Of a DNA stretch of 64,000 nucleotides, positions 55,961-64,000 are shown in pieces; the first letter of the stretch is position 1, and the number at the start of each line of letters is the position of its first letter. Below the pieces are notes generated by a model. It saw nothing but the letters and a program-made list of their open reading frames with translations, was not told the DNA's origin and searched no databases. The stretch is from the NCBI RefSeq assembly GCF_009914755.1, contig NC_060931.1. One strand, given 5' to 3'. Origin of the DNA: the human T2T-CHM13v2.0 reference genome, Homo sapiens. Made by a program: the position numbers and the translations under genes.

Positions 55961-57748
55961 GAATGGTCTCCTTAACTATGACTTCCTTCTTTTCCTTAGT
56001 TTGAAGTTCCTCCCTTTCCTTAGTTTGAACCACTAAGAATTAATTTTATTTCCAGTTCATTGATTTAAGTTTGAAACACTTTATTTAACTTTTTTGTTTG
56101 TTTGCTTTCTGAAAGTGGGTATGGCAAAACATCTGTTCTACCACACATTATCCTTATCTTTTAAAAAATATCCATCCTGATCTATGAGGATGCTAGGTAG
56201 GTTTTGTTTTGCTTTGCTTTATATCAGCTCTCTAATTGAAACATTTTAAAACTATACAAAAAAAAGCAAACTCCTACACAAATCTGGCAGTATTAAACAC
56301 AGAAGTCATGGTCAAAAAATATTAAAATAAAGGTTGAATTATATATACTTTTAAAAAGGTGTATTGTTTTCTGCTTTTTATGAAGAAAAATATACCTTTT
56401 TCAATTACCATTTCCTCATTTTCTCCTTAAGCTACAATATCTATGTTCATAGAAAAATATCAGAGAATGAAAAACAAACTCAGGATCATCAAAAGAATAT
56501 TTCAAAACATGATAACAAGTTGTACATAAAGTAGCAGCTGACTTACATTTTGCATCTTCTTTTTTCCTAAATATTTATATGCAAAATCTGCTCTAAAATT
56601 TCTGATTTTGAGATCTCAGTTAAGATTCAATTTACAAGAATTACATTATTGGCTAGTATCTTGGATGCAATTTATAGTAAATTCTGAGCAAGTCTATAAA
56701 AAGGCAAGATAGTTACTACAAATGTACCCTTCATAGTGCTACATCTAGATGACATGAGAAGTGTAACTAATGAAATAGTCTGTGAATTTGAAAAATCTAA
56801 TTAAATATAAGTCTTTTCAACTTGAAAACAAAATACATTTAAAATTCTATTTATGATTTAAGATAAATATGCTAAAATATAGATTCTTTCAACAGATATT
56901 TAATGAGCAGATGTGAACAAACAGCCCTGAACTTGTAGAGCTTGCATCCTAGTGCATGAGTTTATAGAAATCTATTTAGTTGTAATCATGGAGACACAAG
57001 GAATTTTCAAATATTCAAAAAACTTTAACCATCTAAATACCTAGTTATCCTACTGATACATTGATTTTACTAAAATTTTCTCAGAATTTCACTTTAGTTT
57101 CTCAAAATAATGAACAAATATATATCTTGTTTCCTCTGTTCACTCAAAAATAATCTCTGATCACACATATTTTTATGTTACAGAATTTCTCTGTTCTTTC
57201 ACAAATAAATACTTTTTCCCTAATTAGTGATATACACATGCTATATTAACTTCTCCAGTGCCTCATCCTACTGTTATCTGCAATCTGTGTGCAATTTGTC
57301 AGAGAAATTGCTTTTAAGAATGTCATCAGTGACCTCCTGTCAAAACAGAATCACACAGTTTCTTTTTGTGTGTATGTTCATTTTTTATTTATTTTATTTT
57401 AATATTTCTATTTGCATAAATTTATGGGGGACAAGTGCAATACTTTTTTACATGTGTAGATTGCATGGGGGTGAAGTTAGGGCTTTTAGGATATACATCA
57501 TCAGAATAATGTATATTGTACCGATTAAGTAATTTCTCATCATCCATCCCCCTCCTACTCCCTCATCCATCTGAGTCTCCATTGTCTATTATTCCACACT
57601 TGACATCCATCTGTACATATTATCTAGCTCTAACTTACAAATGAGAACATGCAATATTTATCTTTCTGAGACTGACTTAAGATAATGGCTTGTTCCTGCA
57701 AAAGACATAATTCCATTCTTTTTTATGGCTGAAAAGTACTGCATTGTG

Positions 57749-57751
<3 letters not shown>

Positions 57752-57786
<35 letters not shown>
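57752..57786. repeat. (CA)n microsatellite within a tandem-duplicated L1 segment
   Basis: ~17 CA units. Confidence 0.93.
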
Positions 57787-57790
<4 letters not shown>

Positions 57791-59814
57791 TATCACATTT
57801 TCTTTATACAGTCTAGTACTACATTGTGTATATACATCACATTTCTTTATACAGTCATCCATTGATAAACACTTAGGTTGATTCCATAGCTTTGCTCTTG
57901 TGAATAATGCTGTCATCAACATATGAGTGCAGATATCTTTTTGGTATAACGATATTATTTCCTTTGGGTAGATAACCAATAGTGGGATTGTTGAATAAAT
58001 TGGGAGTTCAATTTTTAGTTAATTGAGAAATCTCCACACTGTTTTCATAGAGGTTGTACTAAAGTACTTTCCCATCAACAGTGTATAAATGTTCCATTAT
58101 CTCCGCATCCTCACCAACATCTGTTATTTTTTGATGTGTTAATAGTAGCCATTCTGATCGGAGTAAGGTTGTGGTTTTAATTTGTATTTCTCTGATGGTT
58201 AGTGATGTTGAGCATTTTTTCATATACCTGTTGGCCATTTGTATGCCTTCTTTTGGAAAATGTCTATTCATCTTATTTGCCTACTTTTTAATAAGATTAT
58301 TTGTTTCGTTGTTGTTGAGTTATTTGAGTTCTTTGTATATTCTGGATATTAGACCCTTGTAGAATGCAGTTAGCACATATTTTCCTCCATTCTGCAGGCT
58401 GTCTGTTCACTCTGTTGATTATTTCCTTTGCTGTGTAGAAGCTGTTTAATTTACTTAAGTCCCATTTATCTATTTTTGTTGTTGTTGCCTATAATTTTGA
58501 GGTCTTAGTTATGAATTCTTTGCCTAGACTAATGTCCAGAAAAATTTTCCCTAAGTTTTCTTCTAGTATTATTGTAGTTTATGGTCTTACGTTTAAGTCT
58601 TTAATCCATTTTGAGTTGATTTTTGTATATGTTGAGAGATAGGGGTTCAGTTTCATGCTTTTGCTTACAGCAATCCAATTTTTCCAGCATCGTTTATTGA
58701 AAACTGTGTCCTTTCCCCAATATGTGTTCTTGTCAGCTTCATCAAAGATCTCTTGGCTGAGAATATGTGGCTTTATTTCTGGGTTCTCTATTCTGTCCCA
58801 TTGATCTGTGTGTCTATTTTTTACACCAGTACCATGCTGTTTTTGTTACTATAGCCCTATAGCATAATTTGAGGTCAGGTCATGTGATTCCTCCAGCTTT
58901 GTTCTTTTTGCTCAGGATTGATTTGGTCTTTTGGGTCTTTTTGGTTCCATATGAATTTTAGGATTTTTTTCTAATTCTATGAAAAATGAAATTTGCATTT
59001 TGATAGGGATTGCATTAAATCTGCTTTAGACAGAGTGGTCATTTGAATGACAGTATTTCTTCCAATTCATAAGCATGGGATGTTTTTCTATTTGGTTGTG
59101 TAATCCATAATTCTTTTAATCAGTGTTTTGTAGTTTTTCTTGTACAGACCTTTTATTCCTTGTTTGAATATATTCCTAAGTATTTAGTTTTTTATAGCTA
59201 TTGTAAATGGGATTGCCTTTTTGAATTTGTTTTCAGCTAGGGTCATTATTATATAAAAGTGCTACTGATTTTTGTAAGTTGATTTTTATTTTGAAATTTT
59301 GCTGAATTCATTTATCAATATAAAAGTTATTTGGTGGAGTGTTTAGGTTTTTGTAGATATAATGTTATGTCATCAGTAAACAGGGATAGGTTCTCTTCCT
59401 CTTTTCCAGTTTGTATGCCTTGTATTTCTTTCTCTTGCCTAATTGTTCTGCCTAGGACTTCCAGTAGTATGTTAAATAGGAGTGGTGAGAATGGGCATCC
59501 TTGACTTGTTCCAGTTCTTAGAGGGAATGATTTCAACTTTTCCCTGTTCAGTATGATGTTGGTTGTGGGTTTGTTGTACATGACGTTCTGTATTTTGAGG
59601 GATGTTTCTTCTATGTCTGGTTTGTTGAGTATTTTTATCATGAAGGTATGTTGAATTTTATAGAATGCTTTTTCTTTGTCTATTGAGATTATCATATGAT
59701 TCTGTCCTTAATTCTGTTTATGTGTTGTATCACATTTATTAATTTGTATATATGTTAAACCATCTTGCATCACTGGTATTAAACCTACTTGGTTATAGTG
59801 TATTAACGTTTTGA

Positions 59815-60137
<323 letters not shown>

Positions 60138-61394
60138 AGTTTGCTAGTATTTTAAAAGCATCTATGTATCTATGTTGATCTGAAATATTGGTTTGTAGGG
60201 TTTTATTTTTTGTTGTGTCCTTGTCTGGTTTTGGTATCTAGATAGGGGGAGTGGGGCAGTCCTCAGACCTTTGGTGAAAATGCTTGGGTGTGAAGTGACC
60301 ATTGCTGTGCTGAGATCTTGGAATGCGGAGGGTGGAACAGTCCCCATAGCCACAGCTTTGGCTGGAGGGAGTGGAACTTGCATTCCTCTTATGACCTAGT
60401 CCCAACATGGATTCCTCTCAGACCACGGCTGTGGCAGACAGTCTGCCAACCAGTCACTTCCAGCAGTTTGTGCATCTTCTGAAGCTAAGTCCTGGATTAT
60501 AAGATACACCACCTGGCTCAAGACTAAGCCTCAGGAGCAACTCTTCAACTGTTCAGGTCCCAGGGAGCGGGGTGGGTCGGGGGGTGGGGATACCTGGTTT
60601 CATTGCCAGTTTCTGGAGCCCACTCCACACTCACTTCTCAGAACTGGCTGCAGGAGTCCATTCCCTGCTCAAGCCCTGGTTTTGCAAGTACTACCTGAGT
60701 TTCTCCAACAGCTGCAATCAATGCTGCTGGTTCCCAGGACCATGGACAGACTGCCAAGAGTTAGGATTGAAAATGACACTCCAGAACAGCTGCCTAGATT
60801 GGAGAAGTTTCTTTTCACAGTCTCCCAGCTGCTACCCAAGTTAGGCTTATAGCTTGGGAGGGTCAAGGTGCTCTCCCATGTTCTGGACTGTACAAATCCC
60901 ATGTGGGAAGATGGGCTGCAGAAAGGCACTCACTCTCTCTCTCCTGTGGTGGGGATTTACTCCTGATTCCCAGCCAGTCCCAGACACTCAGGCTACCTAT
61001 TTTCCTTCTTCATCCCAGATTTCAAATCTTCCCTTTGCTTTTCTGTTGAACTCCCATGTTTGCTCTTTGATAATGTATTGAAAGTGTGATTGACCACACA
61101 CTGTTTTGGTTCTTTTAAGTAGATGAAGCATGATGGAAATGCTTCCACTCAGCCATTTTGGAAAAAATAAAGACTGTTTATCTTTACCTAAACTACTAAT
61201 AGTTCTTCGTAATGAACATCATTAGTCAGATTATTGTACATTCTGTTAATACTGCAAACCATAAAATTATACTTTTAAAAGTACATTACTTTATGCCACC
61301 CCTATGGGCAAAATATCTCAATGCTTTCCATATCAGGTAAGGCACATTCAAAACATAGACATCATGCTAGGAATTTCAAACATAAGTCACTTAA

Positions 61395-61885
61395 TGTAAA
61401 TAATTGGTTCCTCAGGTATTAATAACGCAAAACAATATAGGATCTAAAAGAAGCAGCTATAGCACCTAAGGCTTGAGAACCAAAGTATCATAAGGGTCAC
61501 CAGAAACTAGGAGTTTATCAAAGCTAATCTGTTGACCACCAAAGGGCTTCCAGGCAACTGGTGTTGGTACCTAGTGGGAGGCTGGGGGAAAAAAGAGGCA
61601 GTGAGTGATAGGAACTTTATGGATGGTCTTCGTCCACCTTGGAAATTGCTATTTGGTCGGTCCAGTAATACCAAATGGCACTGGAGCTGCTACTGTCTGC
61701 TGAAGCTGAAATAACCTGGGGGCAAGAATAGTTTCCTATCTGCTCCTCTGTCCTTTCAATCTCACACTATTACCTCTTGGATGGTAAGGGAATCTTAGAG
61801 ATGGGTTTGCAAACTCCCACCTTTGTTGTCACAGAGCATATTATAAAAATGATGAACCTGGCATTGAGAGGCACTAACTACCAGA
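61395..61885 (-). mobile_element. Ancient LTR-like fragment (ERVL, LTR33/LTR41-like)
   Basis: gtttgcaaactcccac...tcacagagca...ctggcattgagaggcactaact resembles the reverse complement of this LTR class; heavily diverged. Confidence 0.4.
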
Positions 61886-64000
61886 ATTTCCCTCCCTTAC
61901 AATAAATCTTTGTTTCCCTGTTAATCTACTACTAAAACATCACTAATTATTTTCTATTCGATTATTTTCTATCAACAGAACATACTTAAACTTTTCCATA
62001 ATGCTCATTACATCACAACCATTTCGTATCGCTGGTGGACATGTCCTATTCCTTCTCTGTAACTGCAAATTGGATCTATCAATCCTTCAGTTCCTCTCTT
62101 AAATCTGATGGGCCTATAAAAATTCTCCCTTTGCCCCCAATTAAATTCTTACTCTTAGCATAGTGCTTTGCATATCATATATGTGTACTCTATGTATTGA
62201 ATGAATAGAATGCATTTTTCATTGACATTTGTATCTCTCTTCTGCCTCTTTCTTCAAACAATTATTGTTGTGCTAATTGCATCACTCCAAAATTTCCTTC
62301 AGGATAAAAATTATGTCTTACTCCTCTCTGCAGTCCTCAGAATTTAAATGTTTTTTAACTTATTCAATTTCCAAAACTAATGTATACAAAGATAAAAAAG
62401 CAACTAAGGTCTTATTAATACATGAATTTAAATTTTAGGAACCTGTAAAGTTTAACAAGCTTCTACAGAATACAAATTTCCTCGTTTGTCTCTTTTATGT
62501 TTTGCTGCTCTTCGATTATGATTAATATTTAAGATATTAAAAATATCTAATTTTCAACAGCCCTAGAAGTTCCTCTGTTTGGTTGATATCTGAAAATTAC
62601 AAAAAATTGCTTTTTTTTAAATCAATTATAGCACATAAGCCAAGAATCATGAAAGCTTGTGCTCCTGACTATATATCCCAATATGTTCCTCTCTGAAATC
62701 CACCCATTGAGTCTGTAGAAAAATGACAATCTGTCAGTGAAAAATTTTTTCCATAGCATAGCAAAATACTATGGGCCTGAATACCCTTTTGTTGTTTTAT
62801 TTCTGCAGAAGATCAATTCCCTCAGGAAAAACTGAGCATTTGAATGACTTGTCAGCTCTGGGTTCAATAAACAAGATTTCAGTGCTTAAACCTCGTGAAT
62901 AATTTCACCTTCCATTTATTTGATCAGCAGAGAAATAATTTGAATTATGTTTCCCTCTTGACTTCACTAATATCCAAAATTACTTATGTAATAAATTGCT
63001 CACAGGAGAGAAATATCTCTTTTTAAAAATTTTCAACAGAAACATTATGTATTTTTGTGTTGATGGTCTAAATAAGTCTTTGTAATATGAATTACAAGTG
63101 TGATATAGAGAAAAGCAAGCAATTATGTGAAAATATGCTAGATTATCAATTCTGTGAGTGCTGGAGTACTTGACATACTATAATCTCATTGAATTAAAAA
63201 TTGGTTTTCATTTATTTATTTTTAATCATTTTAGGGTTAAGCTATTACTTTCTGAATGTACAAAGTAGACTTCAAACTAGAGAAGAGACAAGCAATAAGA
63301 AATCATCAGATACTAATTTCAACAAGTAAAAGTGATCTTTATACATACATTCTACCAATCTTTGTTTGGTTTATAAACTCTAAAATAATATTCTACCTGA
63401 CACAATAAAATTTATCATGTAAAATTAAAATGCAAAGAAGGGTATATTTAAGAATTAATACTGAAGCAGGTGAGAAACAAAGTCAAATGCTTACAATAAA
63501 GAATGTCTATTTCAATCAATCCCCTAACTTGATTTAAAACTCCATGTGGTTATTGATCTGTCCTTTGACATCTGTCCAAGTTTTTAAATTTAATGCATTT
63601 TTATCAGTGACTGAAACTAATGAAAGTAAACCCACATAACTGAATTTCTTTGCAGCCATAATTCTACCTACAGCCTAATGTTACATTTAGAGGCTCCTGG
63701 TTCTGAAAGCACATTATGTACTAACATTGAGAGAAGCCTTAGAGCTAATTTGAGTATTACTGTACAGGAAAGCATTCAAGTGCCTGCTTCTTTCTGAGAA
63801 TATCAGCTGACAAATCGTGGTGCTGGGGCCTGTCTCTTTATGTGTTCTAATGAGACCGCAAATGGTTTTCCAATTTAAAGTGGCTTTGGCAGGCTTATCG
63901 ATCTGTGAATTGTGGCTGTTTTTAAAGGGAATAACTAACAAAAAAGAGAGCATTTATTGTAAAAGAGGTAGGTGTGTCACACTGAGCTATTTATCAAGGA

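Noticed and set aside
59327-59695. 122-aa reverse-transcriptase-like ORF as a novel RT system
   Set aside because: A decayed L1 ORF2 fragment, interrupted by stops, frameshifts and an Alu.
60733-60753. RE1/NRSE-like motif cccaggaccatggacagactg
   Set aside because: Mismatch in the CAGCACC half and a poor 3' tail; lies inside L1 sequence ~28 kb from the promoter.

Overview
Eukaryotic, AT-rich, non-coding DNA from a catarrhine primate, probably human: it carries AluJ, AluS and AluY, L1, L2, MIR, MER DNA transposons and LTRs. There is no bacterial content, CRISPR array, rRNA/tRNA or complete CDS. The ORF-track entries are chance ORFs or Alu, L1 and microsatellite translations. The centre (~31.1-32.5 kb) is a GC/CpG-elevated, repeat-poor, promoter-like region. 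It has two minus-strand splice donors (exons ending at 31330 and 31867), each preceded by an ATG and both ending in phase 2. It also has a (GT)23 repeat, CCAAT boxes and a dense E-box cluster. This reads as alternative first exons of a minus-strand gene that I cannot name. On that reading 1-31.3 kb is first intron and 32.5-64 kb is upstream DNA packed with nested L1/LTR/Alu insertions. The most unusual structural signals are two local templated insertions (114 bp and ~315 bp), each copied from ~1.15 kb downstream into a younger repeat, and a twin-priming-type inverted L1 at the window start. I found no evidence for a wholly new biological system. Repeat subfamily names come from recalled consensus sequences and need RepeatMasker/Dfam confirmation.
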